Of a stretch of DNA of 64,000 nucleotides, positions 10,809 to 23,951 are shown piece by piece. Made by a program: the position numbers and the translations under genes. The notes under the pieces are model-generated. The model searched no databases. It was not told the DNA's origin and worked only from the letters and a program-made list of their open reading frames with translations. Origin of the DNA: an uncultured Phycisphaerales bacterium (GTDB lineage: Bacteria > Planctomycetota > Phycisphaerae > Tepidisphaerales > Tepidisphaeraceae); the NCBI GenBank assembly GCA_963844715.1, contig CAWJPJ010000006.1, positions 448,001-512,000 on the forward strand, given 5' to 3'. Each line of letters starts with the position of its first letter. Position 1 is the stretch's first letter.

Positions 10809-11977
10809 ATGCCGACCCGATACGACCCCGACCCCTCATTGAAATTCACATTTGGACTTTGGACCGTTGGAAACATTGGCCGCGATCCGTTTGCGCGCCG
10901 GTAAGGGAGCCGATTACGCCGGTGCAAATCTGCAGGCTGCTGGGCCGCGTGGGAGCGTACGGCGTCAACTTGCATGACAATGATCTCGTCCCCATCGACG
11001 CCACGGCGCGGCAGCGCGAAGCGATTGTGAAGACCTTCAAGAAAGCCGCCGCGGATAACGGACTCGTTGTCCCGATGGCTACGACGAATTTATTTGGCGA
11101 TCCGGTATTCAAGGACGGGGCTTTTACAAGTAACAACGCCAAAATCCGCGCCTATGCGGTTCAAAAAACCATGCGGGCGATGGATCTGGGCGCGGAGTTG
11201 GGCGCGAAGATTTTTGTCTTCTGGGGCGGACGCGAAGGCGCGGAATCGGATGCGACGAAAGACCCGCTGGTTGCGATTCAGCGATTCAGAGAAGCGGTTA
11301 ATTTTCTGTGCGAATACAACATCAAACAAAAGTATGGATTCAAATTCGCGTTTGAAGCCAAGCCGAACGAGCCGCGCGGGCATATTTATTTTGCCGTGAC
11401 GGGGAGCTACCTGGGTTTCATCCCCACGCTGGATCATCCGGAAATGTGCGGCGTGAATCCGGAAGTGGCGCATGAACACATGGCGGGGCTGAATTTTGTG
11501 CACCAGGTGGCCGCGGCGCTGGAGGCGAAGAAGCTATTCCACATCGATCTCAACGATCAGGAATTCGGGCGGTTCGACCAGGATTACCGGTTTGGATCGG
11601 TGAACGTGAAGCACGCCTTTTTCCTGGTGAAGCTATTGGAAGATCATAAATACGCCGGGCCGCGCCATTTCGACGCGCACGCCTACCGGCAGAGTAATTA
11701 CGACGACGTCGAGCAATTCGCTCGCGGCTGCATGCGGACGTACATGATCCTGAAAGAGAAAGTCCGCCGGTGGCACGCGGATTCTGAAATCCAGCACCTG
11801 GTGCGGCAGATCAATCTGGAAGATCAGCCGCTGTCGAATTTGATTCGGGCGTACAATCCCGCGGGGGCGGCGAAACTATCAGCCGTCAAATTCGATCGGC
11901 ACCGCCTTGCGGATGAGCCTTTGCCTTATGAGCGGCTGGATCAACTGACGATGGAATTGATCATGGGCGTACGATAA
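10809..11977 (+). CDS. xylA: Xylose isomerase, class I type (frameshift near 10895)
   Basis: [57 protein letters not shown]. Confidence 0.93.
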
Positions 11978-11993
11978 GCTTGGGAAGTGATAA

Positions 11994-12066
11994 GGGGCCG
12001 TAGCTCAATTGGGAGAGCACCACGTTTGCAACGTGGGGGTTGCCAGTTCGATCCTGGTCGGCTCCA
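11994..12066 (+). tRNA. tRNA-Ala(TGC)
   Basis: Acceptor stem ggggccg/cggctcc with G3:U70; anticodon arm ccacg-tttgcaa-cgtgg; T-loop gttcgatc; CCA not encoded. Confidence 0.96.
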
Positions 12067-12158
12067 TTCGAATCTGCCCCACGCCGCTATCCTGCCCCGT
12101 GCCGCCATTCTTGGGACGACGCTTTGGATTTCTGAAACTTTCCGGCGGGGTTCGTATA

Positions 12159-12193
12159 TTGCAATGCGGACGCACTCACTTTACCATGTAAAG
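12159..12193 (+). promoter_or_regulatory. Sigma70-like promoter TTGCAA-17-TACCAT overlapped by palindromic operator CTTTAC-cat-GTAAAG
   Basis: Motif spacing read directly; operator at 12179-12193. Confidence 0.55.
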
Positions 12194-12209
12194 ACCGCGG
12201 CAAGTCCCT

Positions 12210-12824
12210 ATGGAACTGCACGACGCCCTAACACAGATCGCAGATATCCGTCTTCAGATGGCCCGGACCCGCATGTTTCGCGGGTATCGGTCGGGGACGA
12301 CGCTGTTTTCGGCTGCCGTCGCCGTGGTTACGGCGCTGGTCCAGGGCTTTTTCATTCACGACCCTGGGCATCATGTTCTCAGCTATTTGTGTCTCTGGCT
12401 TGGAGCGGCCGCACTTTTCATCGCTGTGATCGGCGCCCGGATCTTTGTTCGCTATTGGCGGGATGATTCCTCGCTGGAGCGCGAATTGACGGTTCTCGCG
12501 GCCGAGGGATTCATTCCGTGCATCGCAGTGGGCGGATTACTGACATTCGTTCTTGCGCAGGTGGCCTGGTCCACGCTCTGGATTCTTCCCGGACTGTGGA
12601 CCATCCTGTTTGGGCTGGGGCTGCTCTCCTCGCGGCGAATCCTCCCGCGCCCGATGGCTGCAATCGGAATGTTCTATCTCACATGCGGACTGCTCTCGAT
12701 TGTGCTCGCGCAGCTCGTCGCGCCGTTCTCGCCGTGGGCGATGGGAATTCCGTTTGCGATCGGGCAAACAGCCGCGGCGGCGGTTCTGTACTTCAACCTG
12801 GAGCGCGCCCATGCCCCGGAATAA
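12210..12824 (+). CDS. Multi-pass membrane protein
   Basis: MELHDALTQIADIR start, about six hydrophobic segments, coupled to the downstream regulator. Confidence 0.8.
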   Translation: MELHDALTQIADIRLQMARTRMFRGYRSGTTLFSAAVAVVTALVQGFFIHDPGHHVLSYLCLWLGAAALFIAVIGARIFVRYWRDDSSLERELTVLAAEGFIPCIAVGGLLTFVLAQVAWSTLWILPGLWTILFGLGLLSSRRILPRPMAAIGMFYLTCGLLSIVLAQLVAPFSPWAMGIPFAIGQTAAAAVLYFNLERAHAPE

Positions 12825-13200
12825 CGCCGGTCCAAAATCCACCGCCGCGCGCTTCGCCTATCGCGGATTGGAGCGCGTGATTCACGAGAAGGCGCGGCTG
12901 AGCATTCTTTCCTCGCTGGCGTCGAATCCGGAGGGTCTTCTCTTCACTGAGTTGCGCACGCTGTGCGCCCTGACGGATGGCAATCTGAGCCGGCAGCTTC
13001 AGCTTCTTCAGGAAACCGGGTTCGTGGAAATCTGGAAAAGTTCGCGCAACAATCGCCCGCAGACTCGGGTGAAACTGACGCCGGAGGGAAGAACGCGCTT
13101 CCTTCAGTATATCGCCGTCCTCGAGGGCCTCGTCGCCGACGCACTTTCCCCCAGCGAATCGCTGGCCGCCAATGCGTCACCTCGTTTAGCCACCACGTAG
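12811..13200 (+). CDS. Winged-helix transcriptional regulator (HTH_34/MarR-like)
   Basis: LERVIHEKARLSIL...LTDGNLSRQL...RPQTRVKLTPEGR. Confidence 0.88.
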   Translation: MPRNNAGPKSTAARFAYRGLERVIHEKARLSILSSLASNPEGLLFTELRTLCALTDGNLSRQLQLLQETGFVEIWKSSRNNRPQTRVKLTPEGRTRFLQYIAVLEGLVADALSPSESLAANASPRLATT

Positions 13201-13244
13201 TTTATGGGAGAAGTGCAATCATGTGCCGTTTTCTTGTGCGTTTA

Positions 13245-13259
13245 CTTTACGCCATAAAG
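13245..13259. promoter_or_regulatory. Second copy of the operator-like palindrome CTTTAC-gcc-ATAAAG
   Basis: Matches the 12179-12193 site at 11 of 12 arm positions. Confidence 0.4.
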
Positions 13260-13343
13260 CTTGTAGCCGCGATCTCGGCTTATTCGCTTCGGCATCGGCG
13301 GCCCAAGTTATGGTGAAGCGTAGGCTGAAAACCCGGATATGAC

Positions 13344-15250
<1,907 letters not shown>

Positions 15251-15254
<4 letters not shown>

Positions 15255-15896
15255 GGCTTGACGGCCGGTCCCTCGAGGATGGCGCATCCAAAGACGGACG
15301 CGCGCGGGCTGATCCGAGTGAAGCGTCGCACGACCGGTCGCCAGCGCGACCACGGCATCTTCCCCCGCGTTGTCACCGGCGTGTCCGCGCGAATCGGTGA
15401 TTCCGCCATTGAACATCATTCTTCCACTGGGTTCATAAAGGAAGACCTGGCCGCTCGTTTGCGCGTCAAATTCCCTGGCCAGTGTGCCGTCGGAATCGAT
15501 CAGCGTGCGCACACCGGGCGTCGCGTTTGCGGTTTTCCAAAGTCGGGTTTTGGCCCAATCGTCGGAAACTCCATCCGGGCGGAAGAAAACCACCGTCGCC
15601 GCCAGACGATCTTGGCAGGCTATGACTATCTTTGCCAATTCCTGCACGCTGGCGTCCGAACAGGGGCATTTCGGATGCACGAACATCACCAAAGTGTCTC
15701 GGTCTGACTCAAGCGGCAACGCGGTGGTTATCGGCCACTCGGCGGTCGCCGATGACGCTGCGCCGGGCGTGTGTTCATACTGGGCAATGTGCACAGTGCC
15801 CTCCCCGACCGCAAGGGCCCATAGTGCGCCGCATATCGCCAATAAAACGAGTTTCAAAACAGCCGTCTCCAATCCCGACCGCACCCAGCTAACCAC
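15251..15896 (-). CDS. RedB-like thioredoxin-fold protein; apparent fusion to the kinase is a frameshift artefact
   Basis: LVMFVHPKCPCS, FDAQTSG, GGITDSRGHAGDN; true end VFGCAILEGPAVKP* in another frame, overlapping the kinase start (ATGA). Confidence 0.72.
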
Positions 15897-16153
15897 TTAG
15901 GCGCATGTACTAATTCATCGGTGATCCCTCCTCCTTGATTGACCCGCAACTCATATAACTCCCGAAAAACTGCAAGTTTGCGCGGCGGAAACTACAATAT
16001 TTGCACCCAAAACACCTATCCCTAGAATCGCATTTCAACCGCGAGGAACCATGAGACATGTTTCGGTGGCGATCGCGGCGGCGATTATTCTTGCCGCCGC
16101 GCTATAACGGTGGATTGTTCGGTCCGGTTTTTACTCGTCGGTCGTGCTCATCC

Positions 16154-17019
16154 ATGTACGGCTCCCATCTCTCCATCGCCGGCGGTATGCACAATGCGCT
16201 TTTAGAAGCGGAGAAATTTCATTTTGATACGGTGCAGGTCTTCACGAAGAATCAGCAGCAATGGAAATGCAAGCCTCTGGACCCGGAGGCGGTTGAACTC
16301 TGGTCTTCCCACCGCGCGCGGTTGAAATTTGGCGTCACCGTCAGCCACGACAGCTATTTGATCAATCTCGCCTCTCCCGACGACCGGCTTTGGCGCGCCA
16401 GCATCAATCTATTTATCGAGGAACTTTCCCGTTGCGCGACATTGCAAATCCCCTATCTGGTGACGCATCCAGGTGCACACATGGGCACGGGCGAAGACGC
16501 CGGACTTTCGCGCATCGCGGCGGCGCTCGACGAATGCCACGCGTGTGCCCCAGCCGATGGCGTGATCACTTGCCTGGAGATCACCGCCGGGCAGGGATCG
16601 TCGCTCGGGTATCGACTGGAGCATCTGGCGACGATTATTGAACGGTCGCGCAACCCCGAACGATTGGCCGTCTGCCTCGACACGGCTCACCTTTTTGCGG
16701 CCGGGTACGACATCCGGGGCAATAAATACGACGCCTTTCGCAAAGACCTCGAAAAAACCCTCGGCCTGTCCCGCGTCAAAGTCCTCCATGTGAATGATTC
16801 CAAAAAGGACCTGGGCTCCCGAGTGGATCGGCACGAACACATCGGGCTTGGGAAAATCGGAAAAACCGGCTTCATCCCCCTGCTCCGGGACCCAGCTTGG
16901 AAGAACATCCCCAAAATCCTGGAAACCCCCAAGGGCGCGGCCCCGGCGGGAAGCAATGGGACGCCATAAACCTTAAAACCCTGCAAACGCTGGCGAAAAG
17001 CCGAAGAAGATTTGGATGA
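16154..17019 (+). CDS. nfo: Deoxyribonuclease IV (AP endonuclease), frameshift near 3' end
   Basis: GSHLSIAGG, HDSYLINLAS, HPG, LEITAGQG, CLDTAH, HVNDSK, DRHEHIG, ILETPK. Confidence 0.94.
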
Positions 17020-17020
17020 T

Positions 17021-17120
17021 AGTCGCCGGTTATTAGTTGCCAGACATGGCCGCGGCCGCATCCTTTACTGGCAACTGGCAACTCGCAACTACGTCATTCC
17101 TTATTTGTCATTCGTCATTC
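17021..17120. repeat. 7-nt periodic inverted repeat (AGTTGCC/GGCAACT) followed by a GTCATTC-type arm
   Basis: agtcgcc ggttatt agttgcc ag ... ct ggcaact ggcaact cgcaact; then gtcattc cttattt gtcattc gtcattc. Confidence 0.75.
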
Positions 17121-17146
17121 CTTCGGGTTACCATATTCCCTAGGGC

Positions 17147-19121
17147 GTGTGGACCCAACACTTCATACTCGTTCTGGCGATTTGTTTTCTGCCATCGCTT
17201 GCCGTCGCCGATCCGACGACAGAGCCCGCGCCGATTCCCTTGCCGACGATTCCGGACAAGACTTTTAACGTGATGGATTACGGTGCGGTCGGCGACGGGA
17301 CCACTGATGATACGGCCCATCTTCAAGCGGCCATTAAGGCGTGCGCCGATGCGGGCGGCGGAACCGTCCTCATCCCGTCGGGATATTCCTTCGACTCCAA
17401 TGCGCGCTGGCCGTCGATTCCAGCAACACGGCCATTCGCATCGACGGCACCCTCCTTTCGCCCTTGCAAGGAAGGTATTCGAATCCCAAAAACAGCCTGA
17501 TCACGTTTCTAAAGGGGCACGATCTGGAACTGTGCGGATCCGGCGCCATCGAAGGGCGCGGCAGCGTCGGAACCAACGGCGGCTGGTGGGGAGATAGATC
17601 AAAGGGAATTCAAGCTCCGCCCGCCAGCGATCGGCCGAGGCTCGTTCGCTTCACCGACTGCGACACCGTGTATATCCACGATATCACGCTCAGAAACTCC
17701 CCCTCCTTCCATGTGATCTTCGGGAACACCAACAATGTGACCATCCGTCACATCACCATTTACGCCCCTTCCTCCGAACCTTCGCAAATCAAACCGGGCG
17801 AATTTTGCTCTCATAATTCCGACGGCCTGGACCCGCACGGCAGCAACTATCTCATCGAAAATTGCAACATTTCGTGCGGCGACGATGACATCGTGGTCTG
17901 CGCCACCTATCCCATCAGCCGGAATGTCACTATACGCAATTGTACGATCGGGACGGGGCACGGCGTTTCCGTCAGCGGCGGCAGCCTCAGCCCGAACGCG
18001 AAGGCGAGTAAGGAGGATGAAGGGGGCGTCGATGGCGTGCTTGTAACGGACTGCACGTTCAACGGAACCACCAATGGCATCCGCTTCAAGGCGAATCGCA
18101 CCGCCGGGCCAATCATGCAGAACATGACGTTCCAGAATCTCAAAATGGACGGCGTCCGCCTGCCCATCTTCATCACCGATTGGTACAACGGCGCGCACGG
18201 CGGCCTTCCCGGCGATCCGACCTCCGACACCGCGGAGGGAGATCAAAAGCCGGTCTGGAAGAATATCACCTTCCGTAACATCACGGCCTCGGGCGGGCCT
18301 TCCCTGGGCGTGGTGGCGGCTCTCTACGGCTTGGAAGAATCTCCGATCGAAGACCTCCATTTTCAGAACGTCAAAATCTCCGCGCCGCATGGGCTGATCG
18401 TGGACAACGTACACGGCTTCACCATCGATGATGATTGCCGCTTTGACGCGTTGGAGGGAAACACGTTCATTTCCTCGACTGCGGAGAACGCGCCCAAGAT
18501 TCCTTTCAACGTCTCGATCATGCCGGATGGTTTTTCGCTCGTGTCGCTCGGAAATCCCAAAGTTCCGGCTGACACCACGGAATCAATGTACGATCCCAAC
18601 ATCAAGAACTGGACGATCCTCTGCGAAGGCACCGGCGTGAATGGCACGAGCGACCAGTGCCTCTATTGCGCCCGCCCGACTACGGGCGTCTCGACAATCC
18701 AGGCTGACCTCACTCGCCTGGAGCTTTCCCGCCGCAGCCCGGTTTCGATCCCCCCTCCTCGCAGGCGGGGCTCATGTTCCGCGTCTCCAACGATCCCGGC
18801 GCACCGTATGCCGGCATCTTCGAAAACAGCTCCGGCCAGATCGTCTTCCAGACCCGAGTGCTCAACGGTGGCGTACCGCTTATCACGCCCGGCTCGGCGA
18901 GCGTGGCGCCGGGCGAAGCGGCATTGAAGCTTACGCGCGATTCATCCGGCGTCTCCGGCTTCTACTCAACAGACTCGGGTCAAACCTGGACACAGATTGG
19001 GGCGGCCGTAAATGTTGGGAATCTCGACGCGCCAGGGGCAACCGTGGGCGTGGCCGCAGCCAATAGCATCGACGGGCAAACCGCGCCGGCGGCGGTTGCC
19101 CACGTGCAGACAACGCCGTAG
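17147..19121 (+). CDS. Secreted GH28 polygalacturonase-like glycoside hydrolase with C-terminal beta-sandwich domain (frameshifted)
   Basis: FNVMDYGAVGDGTTDDT, NSPSFH, HNSDGLDP, GDDDIV, GHGVSV, GIRFK. Confidence 0.88.
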
Positions 19122-19138
19122 ACGGCGGCGAGCCGCCG

Positions 19139-19297
19139 GAAACCCGAAGCCCGAAACCAGAAATCCGAATCTCTCCGCAGGCGAGTCGCCGTAGCGACAA
19201 TGTTCAAATGCCCGACTGAGCCACGGCGTTTGCGCGAGGTATGGGTCATTCTGGTTTCGGATTTGATTCGGACTTCAGGCTTCGGGTTTCGGGTTTC
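19139..19297. repeat. 7-nt periodic inverted repeat (GAAACCC)n-GAATC ... TTTGATTC-(GGGTTTC)n
   Basis: gaaaccc gaagccc gaaacca gaaatcc gaatc ... gattc ggacttc aggcttc gggtttc gggtttc. Confidence 0.88.
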
Positions 19298-19489
19298 TTC
19301 TGCCACCTTGGCAGCCAACCCCCGATCCACACTAGCTTTGGCAGAAATCCCCCGGCTTGGAGGCCTTCGCCGGGTCGGCGCATTGTGGTCCCTATCTTAT
19401 TGATCCCGCTGTACTTACAAAAAACCTCTCTCCGTCGTTGGTCCGGGCACGCCAATTGTAATTAAACCGTCCAGGCTGAACGGGCATGG

Positions 19490-19912
19490 ATGGTACGTGT
19501 TGTGAAACAGTCGAACCGGTTGACAGTGTTATTGGCGAACGAGCAGGACGAGTGGAACCTGACGGTTCGCGGCCTGCTTGAGCCAATGGGAGTTCAAACC
19601 GTCGCAGCCCGTGGCGGCAGGCAGGCGCTGGAATTGCTCGAGTCGACTTCCGTGGATGTCGCGGTCCTGGATGCACAAATGCCGCAATTGGGCGGGCTCC
19701 AGGTGATCCGGCTTCTCCGCGAGCTGCACAAATCGACGCCCGCGATTCTTTTGACCAGTCATCTGACCAGCCACCTTTTGCAGGAGGCGCTGGGGATGCA
19801 GGTCTTCAGCGTTTTGACCAAGCCTGTCGATTTCAATCTGCTGCTCGACGCTTTGGCCAGAGTGTTGCGCAGATACCATGAGAATCGGTGGCCGATGAAA
19901 CCCGGCGAGTGA
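19490..19912 (+). CDS. Single-domain response regulator (receiver)
   Basis: VAVLDAQMPQLGG phospho-Asp motif, ILLTSH, LTKPVD. Confidence 0.85.
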   Translation: MVRVVKQSNRLTVLLANEQDEWNLTVRGLLEPMGVQTVAARGGRQALELLESTSVDVAVLDAQMPQLGGLQVIRLLRELHKSTPAILLTSHLTSHLLQEALGMQVFSVLTKPVDFNLLLDALARVLRRYHENRWPMKPGE

Positions 19913-19919
19913 CCGGGCG

Positions 19920-20036
19920 GAATGACGAAATTCGAATGATAAATGACGAATCAATTTTCACTGCTCCAATGACGCGACGGTCGCTCATTCGATCATTGGA
20001 ATTTGATTCGTCATTTCTCATTCGTCATTCGTCATT
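19920..20036. repeat. 7-nt periodic inverted repeat (GAATGAC)n-GAATCAA ... TTTGATTC-(GTCATTC)n
   Basis: gaatgac gaaattc gaatgat aaatgac gaatcaa ... tttgattc gtcattt ctcattc gtcattc gtcatt. Confidence 0.88.
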
Positions 20037-20075
20037 GTGAAACGAGTACCAAGTAAATTAGAAGGAGCCAGCGTC

Positions 20076-20366
20076 ATGTCCAAACTGCGTCCCCTGGGAG
20101 ACAAGATTCTTATCAAGCGCGTGGAAGCTGAGAGCAAGACGAAGTCCGGGATTGTGCTTCCGGATTCGGCCAAGGAGAAGCCGAAGCGCGGGAAGGTGCT
20201 TTCCGTCGGGGAAGGCAAACGCCTGGAAAACGGCGAACGCGCCCCCGTCGATGTAAAGAAAGGTGACGAAGTCATCTTCACCAGCTACGCAGGCACCGAA
20301 ATCAAGGTCGACGGCGAAGAACTCATCATCATGAGCGTCGACGACGTCCTGGCCATCGTCGAGTAA
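20076..20366 (+). CDS. groES: Co-chaperonin GroES
   Basis: LRPLGDKILIKR, SGIVLPDSAKEKP; AGGAG RBS. Confidence 0.97.
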   Translation: MSKLRPLGDKILIKRVEAESKTKSGIVLPDSAKEKPKRGKVLSVGEGKRLENGERAPVDVKKGDEVIFTSYAGTEIKVDGEELIIMSVDDVLAIVE

Positions 20367-20370
20367 TTAA

Positions 20371-22065
<1,695 letters not shown>

Positions 22066-22088
22066 TTCCCCAATAACGATCCCCGACG

Positions 22089-22326
22089 AAAGCCAATGGA
22101 TGGCCATCCGTTGGCTTTGACACGAAACCCCCGGCCACGTCCGGGGCCATCGTCGGCCTTGTGGTCGGCGGCGTGCTCTTAAGCGCCAGGAGCGCAAGGC
22201 GTTTGTGCGGACATTTCGGAGCCACTCGAGACCCGGCGGATGGCCATCCGTCGGCTTTGGCGGAAATAAAATGCGGTTTTCCTTGTCCCTCGCATTGGGA
22301 AAGCCGACGGATGGCTATCCGCCGGG
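22089..22326. repeat. Three REP palindromes (core GGATGGCCATCC) upstream of the RAYT; copies 2 and 3 form an inverted doublet
   Basis: 22089-22118, 22232-22258, 22300-22326; copy 3 is the reverse complement of copy 2 with one mismatch. Confidence 0.9.
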
Positions 22327-22370
22327 GAATTTTCTTGTATTGAGGCAATAGGTCGCGCACACTTCCTCCC

Positions 22371-22920
22371 GTGCCGCAACCGTGGAACGACTGGTACCAC
22401 GTCGTCGTCCACGTTTACGGCTCATGGCTCCCCGGCGACCCACGCGGGTGGCGGGCACTTAATCATGCTGTCCACATCGAAAGGGATTACAAACATCCGC
22501 CGAGACCGGGCGAATTCGGGGAGATACATCGATATTCGCAGGCACTGATGAAGCGGCCTGCGACGCACCTCGCGGCCGAACTGTGTCCGGTCGCAAGCGC
22601 GGCGATCATCGATAAACTGGAATCCGACGGCGTGCAGGTGCTCGCGCTTTCGCTCGACGGCCATCATTTGCACTTGCTGGCGAAATTCGTTGGTGAGCAG
22701 CCACGGCATTGGGTCGGCCGGGCGAAGAAACATGCCTCACACGTCTTACGCCGGCAAGGCCTACGGACCGGCAAGGGTGGCTTATAGGCCAAATGCTCGC
22801 GGGCGGAACCCATCCGCGATCGGCAGCACCAGATCAATACATTCCATTACATCGTCCGGCACGGGCAACGCGGCGCCACATGTCTGGACGTTTCGCGACA
22901 AAAGGAATCCCAACGGATAG
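22371..22920 (+). pseudogene. REP-associated Y1 tyrosine transposase (RAYT/IS200-like HUH nuclease) with in-frame TAG at 22785-22787
   Basis: YHVVVHVYGSWLPGDPRG, HUH motif HHLHLL; after the stop the frame continues AKCSRAEPIRDRQHQINTFHYIVRH with the putative catalytic Tyr. Confidence 0.8.
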
Positions 22921-22935
22921 CCGTCCGTTGGCTTT
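22909..22935. repeat. REP palindrome downstream of the RAYT
   Basis: cccaacggatagccgtccgttggcttt. Confidence 0.85.
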
Positions 22936-23014
22936 GAACGGCCGGACGGACCCGCCGAGCAAATCGCAGACCGCGAAGGGCCGGCCGATTTCACCCTCAT
23001 TCAGTCATTAAAGC

Positions 23015-23057
23015 ATTCGGGCTTGATTCTGGTTTCGGATTTCGGGTTTCTGGTTTC
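23015..23057. repeat. Single arm of the TTGATTC heptamer family
   Basis: attc gggc ttgattc tggtttc ggatttc gggtttc tggtttc. Confidence 0.8.
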
Positions 23058-23174
23058 CTCCAACGGCCGCCGTCCTTGCCCCACCCGTCCCTTCCCGGTA
23101 GTGTCGCTCAGGCATGGCTTTAATGTGCACGCCGGGCGGCCTGGTGGCCGATAAGGGTGTGAAACGGAGCGGCC

Positions 23175-23818
23175 ATGCGATTAGTTCGGGATGCTGTCAT
23201 GATTGATGAGGAAGAGGAGCAGATGCCCGCGCCGGCGGACGGCGTGGTCGAGGAAGTCGTGGATGAGGGGGACGAGGGGGACGCCTCGGCCGATGTGGCG
23301 GTGGATACGCGCGTAATGGAAGCCCTGCTTCTGGCGACGCACCATCCGCTGACAGCCGGGCGGCTCGCGGAATTGATGGGTTTGCCCGCGACGCGGCCGG
23401 TGCGCAAGGGGGTTCAGCAGCTCAATACGGAATATGCGGATACGGGGCGATCGTTTCGGATCGAGCAGGTGGCCGGCGGATATCAGATTTTGACTTTGCC
23501 GGAGTTTGGGGAGCAGCTCAAGAAGCTGCATCAGCGCGAGATCGACGCGAAGCTGACCAAGGCGGCACTGGAGACATTGGCGATCATTGCCTACAAGCAG
23601 CCGATTCTTCGGGCGGAGATTGAGTCGATCCGCGGGGTGGCTTGCGGGGAGACGATTCGGAATCTGATGGAAAAGCATCTGGTTCGCATCGCGGGAAGGG
23701 CCGAGGAGCCGGGGCGGCCGATTCTATATGGGACGACGAAGCGATTTTGGAGGTCTTCGGGTTGAACAGCCTGAAGGATCTGCCGCAGAACGAAGAGGGG
23801 TTGCAGCCGCAGGGGTAA
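23175..23818 (+). CDS. scpB: SMC-Scp complex subunit ScpB (frameshift near 23748)
   Basis: MEALLLA, VAGGYQILT, LETLAIIAYKQPI, IRGV, PGRPILYGTT. Confidence 0.94.
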
Positions 23819-23880
23819 ATCCAATCGGATGTTTTGCAAATAGGTAACCACGCCGGGGAGTTCCCTTTCCGGTTTTCTTC

Positions 23881-23909
23881 TTGCAATCATCTTGCATGTA
23901 CATTATGGT
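23881..23909 (+). promoter_or_regulatory. Promoter TTGCAA-17-TATGGT overlapped by palindrome TGCAA-N5-TTGCA (candidate Fur/Zur-family box)
   Basis: tgcaatcatcttgca at 23882-23896, directly upstream of the TonB-dependent receptor. Confidence 0.5.
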
Positions 23910-23951
23910 TGCGTCTGCGATTTAGTCAGTTGAATCGTTGGAGCACCGGAC

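Noticed and set aside
19300..20075. CIRCE operator upstream of groES
   Set aside because: No TTAGCACTC-N9-GAGTGCTAA-like sequence seen
22089..22935. CRISPR array interpretation of the ~28-nt palindromic repeats
   Set aside because: Irregular spacing, mixed orientation, no cas genes; the adjacent Y1 transposase fits REP/RAYT
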